64,000 bases of DNA from contig JAVBRO010000002.1 in the NCBI GenBank assembly GCA_031547885.1, forward strand, positions 29,886-93,885. The letters run 5' to 3'. Source of the stretch: Rikenellaceae bacterium. Lineage in GTDB: Bacteria; Bacteroidota; Bacteroidia; Bacteroidales; Rikenellaceae. The translations under genes were made by a program, and so were the position numbers. Below are positions 10,424-20,700 of this stretch, in pieces; positions within the stretch are counted from its first letter, which is position 1; each line of letters starts with the position of its first letter. The notes below the pieces were generated by a model. That model searched no databases. It was not told the origin of the DNA and was given only the letters and a program-made list of their open reading frames with translations.

Positions 10424-10451
10424 GTGATAAAAAGCCGTGAGCATACGGCTT
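10424..10451 (-). terminator. Putative intrinsic terminator downstream of kdsB
   Basis: On the minus strand: AAGCCGT-ATGCTC-ACGGCTT followed by TTTTTATCAC. Lies between the kdsB stop (10526) and the rho start. Confidence 0.5.
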
Positions 10452-10525
10452 GCGAGGTGTATTTCCGTAGCAAATATATGATTATTTAGCTTTTCCGCCA
10501 AATAATTGCAAAAAAAACGCCTTGT

Positions 10526-11275
10526 CTATCGCTGCAGCATCGCGGCGGCGCGTTCCAGGTCTTCCGGAGTGTCCACTGCGACGGTTTCCGTAGCCACTAT
10601 CCCCGCACGTATGAGATAGCCGTTCTCGAGCCATCGGAGCTGTTCGAGCGATTCGGCCACCTCGAGCGGACTCTGCGGCAGGCGTGTTATTTCGCACAGT
10701 GTTTCGGTGCGGTAGGCGTAGAGCCCGATATGTTTATAATAGGTGTGCGCGGCGGCCCATTGTCCGGGTTCGGTCCCGCGCAGGTGGGGGATCACCGAGC
10801 GGCTGAAATACATGGCGTCGCCTGCGAGCGACAGAACCACTTTCGGAGTGTTGGGGTTCGAAATGTCCTCGCCTTCCGCGAAAGGCTTTACGAGCGTGCC
10901 GATCTGCACTTCAGGTGATTCGAACAGTGATTTAACGGCCGTGAGGTGTTCAGTGGCAATGAACGGCTCGTCGCCCTGGACGTTTATCACGACGTCGAAA
11001 CTTTGTCCTGTCTCGGCGGCTATCTTTTTGTATGCTTCGGCGCACCGGTCGGTCCCGCTGCGGTGTTCGGTGGATGTCATCACCACCCTGCCCCCGAATC
11101 CCCTGACGGCGTCGGCTATGCGTCGGTCGTCGGTGGCCACCCAGCAATCCTTCACAATGCCTGCGACGCGCTCGCAGACCCACTGTATCATGGGTTTGCC
11201 GCCCAGCATGGCGAGCGGTTTTCCGGGGAATCGTGACGATGCGTAGCGTGCGGGTATTATGGCGAGGAATTTCAT
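10526..11275 (-). CDS. kdsB: 3-deoxy-manno-octulosonate cytidylyltransferase (CMP-KDO synthetase)
   Basis: MKFLAIIPARYASSRFPGKPL...GKPMIQWV N-terminus and overall length (249 aa) typical of KdsB. Confidence 0.9.
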   Translation of the reverse strand: MKFLAIIPARYASSRFPGKPLAMLGGKPMIQWVCERVAGIVKDCWVATDDRRIADAVRGFGGRVVMTSTEHRSGTDRCAEAYKKIAAETGQSFDVVINVQGDEPFIATEHLTAVKSLFESPEVQIGTLVKPFAEGEDISNPNTPKVVLSLAGDAMYFSRSVIPHLRGTEPGQWAAAHTYYKHIGLYAYRTETLCEITRLPQSPLEVAESLEQLRWLENGYLIRAGIVATETVAVDTPEDLERAAAMLQR

Positions 11276-11602
11276 TGTCTGATAATTGTTTAAAACAAGT
11301 ATTTAAATTTCTCAAAACAGTTTTTTGCGCGTCTGGTCATCCCGAGCGAGCCGAAACCATAGTGGGTCTGTTGAATTGTCGGTCAACTTTCGGCGACGAG
11401 GGAACTACCTTATAATTAAACCCGCTTCAATCTATCAAATGTTACGTAGTTTCCTCGTCGTGCGATAGACTCCGATTATCCCGTGGAATGTTATTGGATC
11501 GCCCTCGCTCGGAATGACGACGAATGAAATTCGCTGAGACATCTATTGGTTTTTACGGATGTAAAAATACAAAAGTTTCGCGGAAACGGATAACTTTGCG
11601 TC

Positions 11603-12607
11603 ATGGTAGACGATTTTGTCAGCATATTCGGCGAGCTCGGGCGAAGCCTTGAACGGTTCGGGGACGATCCGCTGACCGATGCAGTGATGCGCCGGGCTGC
11701 GGACGAAAATCCGTGGTTCCAGCCCGCCGAGATCAGGCAGGCCGCGCGGAATATCGCTTCCCGGATGCTCTCTTACGGTTCGCTGGAAACGTGGCTTTCG
11801 GCCTACCCCGTCCTGCCCGTGTCCGAACCGAAAGATGTTCTGATCGTTATGGCCGGGAATATCCCTTTCGTCGGTTTCCAGGACCTGCTGTGCGTGCTCT
11901 GCGCCGGGCACCGGGCCGTCGTAAAACCGTCGTCGAAAGATGAGATATTGATGACATACATTCTGGATATGCTGCTCGACATAGCTCCAAAACTATCCAT
12001 TTCGTTCAGTTCCGGCAGGGGAACACCTGATGCGGTAATTGCGATGGGGGGAGACAATACTGTTATGGCGCTGCGCGAACGCTATGCGGGCATTCCGATG
12101 CTTCTGCGCGGAAGCAGGTATTCGCTGGCCGTTCTCGACGCGACCGAGACTCCGGAAGAGCTTGCGGGTCTGAGCAGCGACGTGATGTCATATTCAGGCC
12201 TCGGCTGCCGCAACGTGAGCCTTCTCTTCGTTCCCCGTGGTTACGATATCGAAATACTGAAAAACACCCTGTCCGCCCGGGCCTCGGGGGTGAATCCGAA
12301 ATACCTGAATAATTACAGGCAGGCCAGGGCCATGCTTCAATTGAACTGCCGCCCTTTCGTCGACTGCGGAGTCAACGTACTGGTCGAAGACCGGGAGTTT
12401 TCGCCCGCGGTAAGCCGCATCAATTACACGTTTTACGACAGTTCATCCGAGGTGAAGGATTGGATATCCGCACATGACGGGGAGATACAGTGCGTCGCCG
12501 GTAAAATAGATCATCCCCGCGCGGTAGGTTTCGGCGAAACCCAGCGCCCCGCCCTGACGGATTACCCCGACGGCCGCGATACGATGGTTTTTTTAATTGA
12601 CAATTGA
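11603..12607 (+). CDS. LuxC-like acyl-CoA reductase family protein
   Basis: 334 aa, aldehyde-dehydrogenase-like fold. Motifs resemble Bacteroidota LuxC-family proteins as I recall them (NIPFVGFQDLL, GGDNTV). Moderate confidence. Confidence 0.55.
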   Translation: MVDDFVSIFGELGRSLERFGDDPLTDAVMRRAADENPWFQPAEIRQAARNIASRMLSYGSLETWLSAYPVLPVSEPKDVLIVMAGNIPFVGFQDLLCVLCAGHRAVVKPSSKDEILMTYILDMLLDIAPKLSISFSSGRGTPDAVIAMGGDNTVMALRERYAGIPMLLRGSRYSLAVLDATETPEELAGLSSDVMSYSGLGCRNVSLLFVPRGYDIEILKNTLSARASGVNPKYLNNYRQARAMLQLNCRPFVDCGVNVLVEDREFSPAVSRINYTFYDSSSEVKDWISAHDGEIQCVAGKIDHPRAVGFGETQRPALTDYPDGRDTMVFLIDN

Positions 12608-12722
12608 CAATGGATAATTGACAATGAAAAGTTAAGAATTTGGAGAGTAATAATTCAAAAATAATTTTCAATTGTCGTTCCTGGAAATCATTATCAATTG
12701 TCCATTGTCAATTGTCAATTCA
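12594..12722. repeat. Large imperfect palindrome built from TTGACAATTG/CAATTGTCAA units spanning the convergent gene ends
   Basis: Left arm TTGACAATTGACAATGGATAATTGACAATG (12594-12628) and right arm CATTATCAATTGTCCATTGTCAATTGTCAATTC (12690-12722) are near-reverse-complements separated by about 65 nt. The TTGACAAT unit occurs at least 6 times. Confidence 0.5.
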
Positions 12723-13940
12723 TTTGAGCCAGTTGCTTCCGAAGACTATGTAGTAGCCCCAGTTGCCGTCGGCGCCGCCCGCGACGTCGAGGCCGATGCG
12801 CAGCTTAAACTTGCGGGCGATGAGGTAGCGGAATCCGGTGCCGTAGCTGTAAACCCACTCCGCAGGGCCGAATTCGCTCCATTTGTCGAACGCCTTGCCC
12901 GTGCCTCCGAAGCCCACGACGCTCCAGCGCGGTACGACGTCCCAGCGGATCTCGCCCTCGACGAGAATGTCGGCCATGCCCTGGTATTGGTTTGCGGGGA
13001 TACCGCGCAGGTCGATGAACGGCTTCATATAGAACGGCGGATCGCCGAAAGCCTGCTGGCCGTCGATACGGAGTCCGCCGATGATATTGAAGCGGAAAGG
13101 CTGGTACATGTAGGCGTAGTAATTAAGCCTCCAATAGTTGAAGTCGCTGCCGATCCAGGTTTTGCTCATTCCGCCATCGAGATGGAACTTGATGCCGCGG
13201 TCGGGCGTGAAAGTGTTGTCGCGTCCGTCGTACTCGACTATCATACCCAGCTGGCTGATTATCCGGTCATTGTCTATCTGGCTGAGGAATTCGTCGGGAA
13301 GCGGGTACGGCAACGGGTCGCCGGTGTATTTCAGTTTGCTGTAGAGGAAGAGGTATTCCAGTCCTGACTGCCATTTCGAGTAGCCGAGCCGCGTCATGAG
13401 CGCCGCGAACACCGGCACGCTCTTTATATTGAAGTCGAACTCAGTGTTGCCAAGGTCTGTGTCTCCTATCGTTATGTCGCGGTAGAACGACATGTTGATA
13501 TTCATGTATCCGCCGCCGGCCCTGTATGTGAAGCGTCCCTTGTCGAACGATCCGAAGCGTGCCGCCACGGCGCCCCAGCTATTATTTAGCGTCCAGAAAC
13601 CCCCGGCAGCCGTGATATCCGGCGACACCGGAATGACCAGGTGTTTCCCTTTTTTCGTATCCTTGACGATAGGCGGGCGTTTGTGCAGAAATATGGGCGC
13701 GGCGCCTATGCCGAAACCGCCCAGAGCCGGTTCCGATATGATGGTCACCATCGGGATAAAGCCGTTGGCTTCGATCAGGAATTCGCTCATATCGAATTTG
13801 TGGTCGAGCGAATCCTTGAAAGATATATCTTTGAAGCGCACGCGCTCCTTATTTTTTGAATGGTCTTTTTCCTGCGCAAACGCAAGGGTGCCTGCAAACG
13901 CGGCGCCCAAAAGCAAAACTATAAACAGAGGCCTTTTCAT
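12720..13940 (-). CDS. Omp85/surface-antigen(D15)-like outer membrane beta-barrel protein
   Basis: Signal peptide MKRPLFIVLLLGAAFAGTLAFA. C-terminal beta-barrel with GxDxxxG-type motifs (RIGLDVAGGADGNWGYYIVFGSNW). Confidence 0.6.
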   Translation of the reverse strand: MKRPLFIVLLLGAAFAGTLAFAQEKDHSKNKERVRFKDISFKDSLDHKFDMSEFLIEANGFIPMVTIISEPALGGFGIGAAPIFLHKRPPIVKDTKKGKHLVIPVSPDITAAGGFWTLNNSWGAVAARFGSFDKGRFTYRAGGGYMNINMSFYRDITIGDTDLGNTEFDFNIKSVPVFAALMTRLGYSKWQSGLEYLFLYSKLKYTGDPLPYPLPDEFLSQIDNDRIISQLGMIVEYDGRDNTFTPDRGIKFHLDGGMSKTWIGSDFNYWRLNYYAYMYQPFRFNIIGGLRIDGQQAFGDPPFYMKPFIDLRGIPANQYQGMADILVEGEIRWDVVPRWSVVGFGGTGKAFDKWSEFGPAEWVYSYGTGFRYLIARKFKLRIGLDVAGGADGNWGYYIVFGSNWLK

Positions 13941-13955
13941 ATCCGGCGTATTTTT

Positions 13956-15017
13956 TTAATGATTTTTATCGTATTTCGGTCTTACTATCCCGAAACGGTA
14001 GTTGGCCGAGAGCAGCAGCGAATTGCGTCCGCCCAGGAAACCCGCCTCGGTCCTGAAGACGAACCGGCGGTTGAGCTGGAACTGCGCCCCTGCATTAGCG
14101 GTGAATTTGTGCGTCGGGCTCTTCTTTAAAGAGTAGCTCACTATCGTCTTGTCGATCTGGTCGTTGATCTCCGGCAGATTGTTATAGAGGGTCTCGGCGG
14201 CCTGCTTCATCACCGCGTACTGCGCCGCGCTCATGTCCGGATAGTCGGCTTTCGTGCTGTTGATGATAGGCTCGAGCTGGTCTCCGGTGAAATCCGGAAC
14301 TATATCGCCCAGGTTTATGGTGCCCTGCGTCGTGCGGTTGATGAACATGTGTCCCCCGCCTATCCAGAACGACAGGCTCCGGTCGCGCTTGAACGGAATG
14401 GTGTAACCTGCCCTCAGTGATAGCAATTGCGCACTGACAGCCCCGTCTATCCCGTCGAAAAAGGACCAGGTGGCGTTCCAGTCGAGTGCGGCGAAGAACC
14501 GGTTGACTCCGCTGGCCAGCGTCGCCCCAACCCCGAAAATATAGCCGTCGAATTTTGCCGTGGTCGACATCTGTATCGGCGAGACTAGGTTTATGTCGGT
14601 CTGCGTCCACGTGGCTCCTCCCAGACCATATATGTTTAGGAACGGCAGTATCCAGAAGTCGAGCCTGACGTTTACGTTCTGTATATGGGCTTTGCTGTTG
14701 TTGAAAACGACTATGCTGTCGAGGTTGAACATCGGGCTGCCGTTGAAACCGACCTCAAGATCGGTTATGTTTATCGCCTGCGTGCCGATGAAAGTGTTCA
14801 CCATAACGCCGGACGGATACGGCAGTTTGAATCCCCGCGCCTGGGTCTTCTTGCCGAGGAACGGGAGCAAGTAAGGGTATTCCGTCTGTTTGAGGCTGTC
14901 GGCGTTCACGCTTTCGCTTTCGGGCGTTACCTTGACGCCCGATCCCACCTGCGCCGAAGCGGAGGCGGCATACACAAGCATGAACAGGATAATGGCCGGG
15001 CGTAGGAGTTTTATCAT
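13956..15017 (-). CDS. Outer-membrane beta-barrel protein, function unknown (start taken at the internal MIKLL Met)
   Basis: Signal peptide MIKLLRPAIILFMLVYAASASAQ. Amphipathic beta-strand pattern throughout, C-terminal YRFG. The maximal ORF (to 15062) would overlap the upstream gene. Confidence 0.55.
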   Translation of the reverse strand: MIKLLRPAIILFMLVYAASASAQVGSGVKVTPESESVNADSLKQTEYPYLLPFLGKKTQARGFKLPYPSGVMVNTFIGTQAINITDLEVGFNGSPMFNLDSIVVFNNSKAHIQNVNVRLDFWILPFLNIYGLGGATWTQTDINLVSPIQMSTTAKFDGYIFGVGATLASGVNRFFAALDWNATWSFFDGIDGAVSAQLLSLRAGYTIPFKRDRSLSFWIGGGHMFINRTTQGTINLGDIVPDFTGDQLEPIINSTKADYPDMSAAQYAVMKQAAETLYNNLPEINDQIDKTIVSYSLKKSPTHKFTANAGAQFQLNRRFVFRTEAGFLGGRNSLLLSANYRFGIVRPKYDKNH

Positions 15018-15024
15018 GGATGAT

Positions 15025-15786
15025 TTATTTTTCGTGGTGTTTCTTTTGTTTTGCAGGCGCATCTACATCAGCAGATGCCTTGCTGCTTTTGGTTATCGGA
15101 ATTCCCAGGCCCAGATGGAACGCCATGGGGCGTCCGCTCAGGCCGGTGCCTTTGCGGTACATATCCACGACCCCCTGTTCGAAGCGCAGATTGAGCTGCA
15201 GCCCGTTGCCTTTCATCAGGCGGCACTGAACGTCGAATGCGAACCCGAAGTCCACGGTGGTGAACTTTTTGATCATTTTCATCTTGTAGGAGAGGTCGCC
15301 GTCGCTCTCACTGGCGGAATAGATGTCGTTGCCAGCCAGCTTGAATCCCACGTAAGGCCCCACCCCCACCGACCAGGTGTGGGTAAAGCAATACCGCATC
15401 ACGGGCGTTATCTGGAAATAGGTGAGATTGCGCTCGATCATGGTCATGTTGTCGAGGATCTGCGGGTCGTCGGTCAGCGATTCGCTGGCGACGTCGAGTC
15501 CCGAGCCGCCTTTGGGCGCTTTGAAAACCAGGTAGTTCTGCAGGAGCCATTTATCGCTCTTGCCGATCTTTATATCCGTGTATGCGCCTACAGTGAAGGA
15601 GAGATTGGGTCTGAACGCTACGGTTTCCGCTCCTGTTATCATGCTGCCCTGCGCTCCGAGGAACAGCCCGAGTTTAAGTTTGTCGGATTCCAGTTTCTTG
15701 CCGAATACCAGGGCTATCAAAGCCTGGCTGTTTGCTGCGATGGGAGCCATGCCCATTATCAGTATCAGGAGTATTATCTTTTTCAT
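15025..15786 (-). CDS. Porin-family / OmpA-like small outer-membrane beta-barrel protein
   Basis: Signal peptide MKKIILLILIMGMAPIAANSQA; 8 to 10 amphipathic strands; basic C-terminal tail. Confidence 0.55.
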   Translation of the reverse strand: MKKIILLILIMGMAPIAANSQALIALVFGKKLESDKLKLGLFLGAQGSMITGAETVAFRPNLSFTVGAYTDIKIGKSDKWLLQNYLVFKAPKGGSGLDVASESLTDDPQILDNMTMIERNLTYFQITPVMRYCFTHTWSVGVGPYVGFKLAGNDIYSASESDGDLSYKMKMIKKFTTVDFGFAFDVQCRLMKGNGLQLNLRFEQGVVDMYRKGTGLSGRPMAFHLGLGIPITKSSKASADVDAPAKQKKHHEK

Positions 15787-15948
15787 GCGATTGAGTTGTT
15801 GAGCTAAGGCTTAATCAAACTCCGTGCCCTTTTAGCTTGCGCACGAAATTCGCCTCTGCACGATCTTGTGGCGCGGTATTTTTCGGCGGATGCAGAACAG
15901 GGGGATAACGTAAGGTTATTTTTCATATCTTTGTCATAACCCTAAAAA

Positions 15949-16470
15949 ATGGATATCGATATGTCGATGATTTTCAGATTCCGGATGCTGAGCGATGAGA
16001 ACGACTATTTCATCAGGGAATATGAAGTCCCCTATGACATGGGCCTCACCGATTTCAATGACTTCCTGTGCGGCGACCTGCGCTTCGACAAGGGCGGCAT
16101 AACCTCGTTCTTCACCTCGAACGCTCTTTGGGAAAAGGGGCGCGAATTCACCAGCGAAGATATGTGCTCGCCGGGCAGCTGTGACGGTGAAGCGCCGGTG
16201 CCGATGGCGGATGTGCTGCTCGGCCAGATCATACGGCAGAACCGCGACCGCCTGATATTCCTTTTCGACGTCTTCGGCGATAGAGGCCTTTTTTTGGAGC
16301 TCACGGAAGCCAAAAAGAGCGAAGAAGGGGTCGAATATCCGCGCGTGGCGCTTTCGAAAGCCGACGCCCCCAAGCAGTACGACGCCGGAAACGGTATGAT
16401 ATTCGACGACATGATGAGCGAGTTCGACTCTTTCGAAAGTTATGAAACCGACGACTCCGACGATTTCTGA
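15949..16470 (+). CDS. Small acidic cytoplasmic protein, possibly PRiA4_ORF3-like (hypothetical)
   Basis: 173 aa with a very acidic C-terminus (ESYETDDSDDF). An IFLFDVFGDRGLFLELT motif resembles the FxFDFGDxW core of pRiA4b ORF-3-like proteins. The 3' end overlaps the miaA start. Confidence 0.4.
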   Translation: MDIDMSMIFRFRMLSDENDYFIREYEVPYDMGLTDFNDFLCGDLRFDKGGITSFFTSNALWEKGREFTSEDMCSPGSCDGEAPVPMADVLLGQIIRQNRDRLIFLFDVFGDRGLFLELTEAKKSEEGVEYPRVALSKADAPKQYDAGNGMIFDDMMSEFDSFESYETDDSDDF

Positions 16471-17368
16471 TTCCACACTTATAGTTATTGCAGGCCCCAC
16501 CGGTTCCGGCAAGACCGACCTGAGCGTCGCTATTGCACGGCATTTTCATGCTCCAATAATATCCACCGATTCGCGGCAGGTCTACCGGGGAATGGCGGTC
16601 GGCTCGGCACAGCCTTCCGATGAACAGCTTGCCGCAGTTCCCCACTATTTCATAGCCGGCCGCGATGTTACGGAGCGTTTCACCTGCGCCGATTTCGAGC
16701 GCGAGGCGCTGGCGCTGCTCGACAGGCTGTTTGCCGAAAATAAATATGTAGTTGCGGTCGGAGGCTCGGGGCTTTACATAGATGCGCTGTGTGACGGTCT
16801 CGACGAACTTCCCGATGCAGACCCGGAATTGCGCAAGGAACTGTCGGACAGGCTTTCGGCGGAGGGGCTCGAAGCGCTGGCCGAAGAGTTGAAGCGGCTT
16901 GATCCCATCTATTATGAAACCGTCGACCGGCAGAATCCCGCACGTGTCCTGAGGGCATTGGAAGTGTGCCTGCAGACCGGAAAACCGTTTTCATCGTTCC
17001 GCACGGGCAGTAAAACCAAGCGACCTTTCCGGATAATCAAGATCGGCGTTACGATGGAGCGCACCGAACTCTACGCGCGCATCGACCGCCGCGTCGACGC
17101 CATGATGGAGCAGGGACTCGAGGCCGAGGCCCGCGCCCTCTACCCTTTCCGCGCGCTGCCGTCGCTGCAGACCGTCGGCTACCGTGAAATGTTCGCGCAT
17201 TTCGACGGCGAATACGGCCTTGGCCGCGCCGTGGAACTCATAAAACGCAATTCGCGCCGCTACGCCAAGCGCCAGCTGACCTGGTTCAACCGTGATCCCT
17301 CCATCCGCTGGTTCCATCCGTCCGAAACGGATGCAATAATAAGACATATTGTAAGCCCGGGCGTATAA
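16442..17368 (+). CDS. miaA: tRNA dimethylallyltransferase
   Basis: P-loop LIVIAGPTGSGKTDLSVAIA, followed by IISTDSRQVYRGM and the rest of the MiaA fold. Confidence 0.9.
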   Translation: MKPTTPTISDSTLIVIAGPTGSGKTDLSVAIARHFHAPIISTDSRQVYRGMAVGSAQPSDEQLAAVPHYFIAGRDVTERFTCADFEREALALLDRLFAENKYVVAVGGSGLYIDALCDGLDELPDADPELRKELSDRLSAEGLEALAEELKRLDPIYYETVDRQNPARVLRALEVCLQTGKPFSSFRTGSKTKRPFRIIKIGVTMERTELYARIDRRVDAMMEQGLEAEARALYPFRALPSLQTVGYREMFAHFDGEYGLGRAVELIKRNSRRYAKRQLTWFNRDPSIRWFHPSETDAIIRHIVSPGV

Positions 17369-17722
17369 TCTCCGCCTGAATTGTTGGGAGATTCAAAATA
17401 ATTGTTTAAGTTTGTCAGGTGTGCGTTGTGTGCGTGCACAGTTGCAGAATGAAACAGAATTCATCCATACGCGAACAATTCTCCAAGCAGGCCCTTCAGA
17501 CGCTCCACCGTTACCGGGCCGTGCAGTTCAGTCCCACACTCCTGTAACGGGACTGCCGTCTGACGACGATCCGTGCCCCTTCCGGCGCGGATAACCGACA
17601 TTTTACATATTACACTCCCGGTCCCCCTCGATGTCCGGTGCAGTTCCACCTATCATTTGCCGCATGCAGCCGTCATGCGGCCCCGGCAATCCATTGCATA
17701 AATATCACCTAAAACATATATC

Positions 17723-20700
17723 ATGAAAGGCAGTAACAATATATCCATCAACGAAGTACAGGAGTGGGTCATGAAGCTCTACAACGAGAGCGAAAAACGG
17801 ATCACTCCCGCCGAACGACGCGAACAGCACAAATACGCAACGCTCGTTCAGAACAAGGGCGACAAGATTTTCCTGTCGAAAATGCTCGACGAATCGTCGC
17901 AGATACGCGACGACAATAAGCTCGCAAGGCGCATCAAGAAGCTGATCGACCGCTACGGCGTGCCCGAATTCTTCAGCCCGTGGGACAAGTTCCTGCTGAA
18001 GATGTACCGTGCCGTGGGCTATCGGTTCGATTTCATTGCGATACCCATAATCAAGAACCGCCTGCGCAAAGAGACCGCTACGGTGGTGATCGACGAGGCC
18101 CGTCCGCGCCTCACCAAACATCTCGAACAGCGCCGCGACGAACGCATCGGCCAGAACGTCAACCTGCTGGGCGAAGTGGTCCTGGGCAACGAGGAGGCCG
18201 ACGGACGCTACCACCATTATTTAGAGGCTCTGGAATCGCCCGACATCAACTACATATCGGTCAAGATTTCGGGTATTTACGCCCAGACCCACGCTCTGAA
18301 CTTCGAGGAGAGTTTTCCAGAGCTGGTCGAACGCATGAGCGCACTCTACCGCAAGGCGATAGATTTCCCGTACAAGGATTTCGACGGCACGCTGCGCCCG
18401 AAATTCATCAACATGGACATGGAAGAGTACAAGGATTCCCACCTGACGATGCGCGTTTTCAAGGCCGCCCTGTCGAAGCCCGAATTCAAGGATTACCAGG
18501 CCGGAATAGTGATCCAGGCCTACCTGCGCGACGCATGGGAGTTCCAGACCGAACTGCTGGAATTCGCAAAACAGCGTGTTGCCAGCGGCGGTGCTCCCGT
18601 GAAGATGCGTCTGGTGAAGGGGGCCAACCTCGAAATGGAGAGTGTCGTCTCGTCGCTGCGCGGATGGCCAAACCCGGTGTACGGCAGTAAAACAGAGGTC
18701 GATGCAAGTTACCTGCATATCCTCGACCGCGCGCTGCTGCCAGAAAACACCGGCGCAGTGAAGGTCGGCGTAGCGTCGCACAACCTCTTTTCGATAGCCT
18801 ACGCATACCTTGCGTCCGCACACAACGGCACTCTCGACGACGTTTCGTTCGAAATGCTCGAAGGGATGGCCAACCACATCTGGCGCGCCCAGTCGGCAAT
18901 CGGCAACCGCGTGATCCTCTATACCCCCGTCGTGAAGAACGAGCATTTCCTGAACGCCATTTCGTACCTGGTGCGCCGCATGGATGAGAACACCGGGCCC
19001 GAAAATTTCCTCGCCTACTCGTTCAACTTGCAGCCAGGCACCGATGCCTGGAGTTTCCTCGAAAAGCAGTTTGTCGAAGCCTACGGACTGAAAGATTCCC
19101 TGGCGCACGGGCCCGTCCGCATTCAGGACCGCACGAAACCCTATGCCGGCGCCGCACCGGGCGAAGGTTTTCGCAACGAGCCCGACACCGATTTCGACCT
19201 CGCTGGGAACCAGCGCTGGGCCGAATCGATCGTGAAAAAGTGGAAGAAATCGGCAGACGACAAACCTTATGAGATACCCCTGCAGATTGGTGCGGAAGAG
19301 GTCGCCACCGCCGACAAAGCCGTTTACAAAGACCGCTGTCAGGACGACCGGGTGACCGTCTGCGAAATGTCGCGCGCCGGGGTCGAAGAGATAAAGAAGA
19401 TCGCGGCCATTGCGGGCGCAGACCCCGCAGGCTGGCGCAAGACCACCCTCGAACAGAGGCGCGGAATACTCTTCAAGGCGGCCGACAACCTTGCGGAACT
19501 GCGCGGCGACCTCATCGGATGCATGTGCGCCATCACCGGCAAGACCATCACCGAGGGCGACGTGGAGGTCTCCGAAGCGATCGACTTCACACGCTTCTAC
19601 CCCGTCTCAATGCAGGAATTCGAGGATCTGAAAGGCGTGGAGGTCGAACCGAAAGGCACTGTGCTGGTCATTTCTCCGTGGAATTTCCCATGTGCCATAC
19701 CGGTCGGCGGCGTCACCTCGGCGCTTTCGGGCGGCAACACGGTGATACTGAAACCGGCCACCGTCTCGGCTCCCGTCGCATGGACCTTTGCGAAGGCTTT
19801 TTGGGATGCCGGCGTGCCGAAAGAGGCTTTGCAGGTTGTCATCACAGACCGTAAGGCGCTGGAAGTGCTGAACACCGCGCCGGAGATCAAACACATCATC
19901 CTGACCGGCGGTACCGACACGGCGCAGATGATCGCCAAATCCAACCCGTCCACTCCCCTCTCGGCCGAGACGGGCGGCAAGAACGCCATAATCCTGACCG
20001 CTTCGGGCGACCGCGACCACGCCATACTGAACGTCGTTGCGTCGGCCTTCGGCAACGCCGGGCAAAAATGTTCGGCATGTTCGCTGCTGCTGGTCGAGGG
20101 GTCGGTGTACGACGATCCGATGTTCCGCAAAAAACTGCGCGACGCCACCGTCAGCCTGCAGAGCGGAAGCGTCTGGAAGATAGGCAACGTCGTAGGACCG
20201 ATGGTCACCAACCAGAACGACAAACTGCTGGAAGCGATCGCGAAACTCGAGCCGGGCGAAGAGTGGCTGGTCGAACCGTGTTTCCTCGACGAGAAGAAGT
20301 ACGCCCTCGCCCCGACCGTCAAATGGGGCGTGAGGCCCGAAAATTTTTCGTTCCGCAACGAATTGTTTGGACCTATGCTGAGCGTCGTCCGCGTAAAGAA
20401 CCTGCGCGAGGCGGTCGATCTGGTCAACGGACTCGACTACGGACTTACATCCGGCCTGCAGAGCCTCGACGAGGAAGAAATCGCATACTGGAAGGCCAAC
20501 CTCGAGGCGGGCAACCTCTATATCAACCGCGGCGTGACGGGCGCGATCGTCAACCGCCAGCCTTTCGGCGGGATGAAACTGTCGGCTTTCGGCGGCGGCA
20601 TCAAGGCCGGCGGCCCGAACTACACCTCGTGCTTCGTGAAATTCACCGACAAAAAAGGCTCTAAAGCCGATTTCCGCGCCAACTACGCGGCGGCCTGGGA

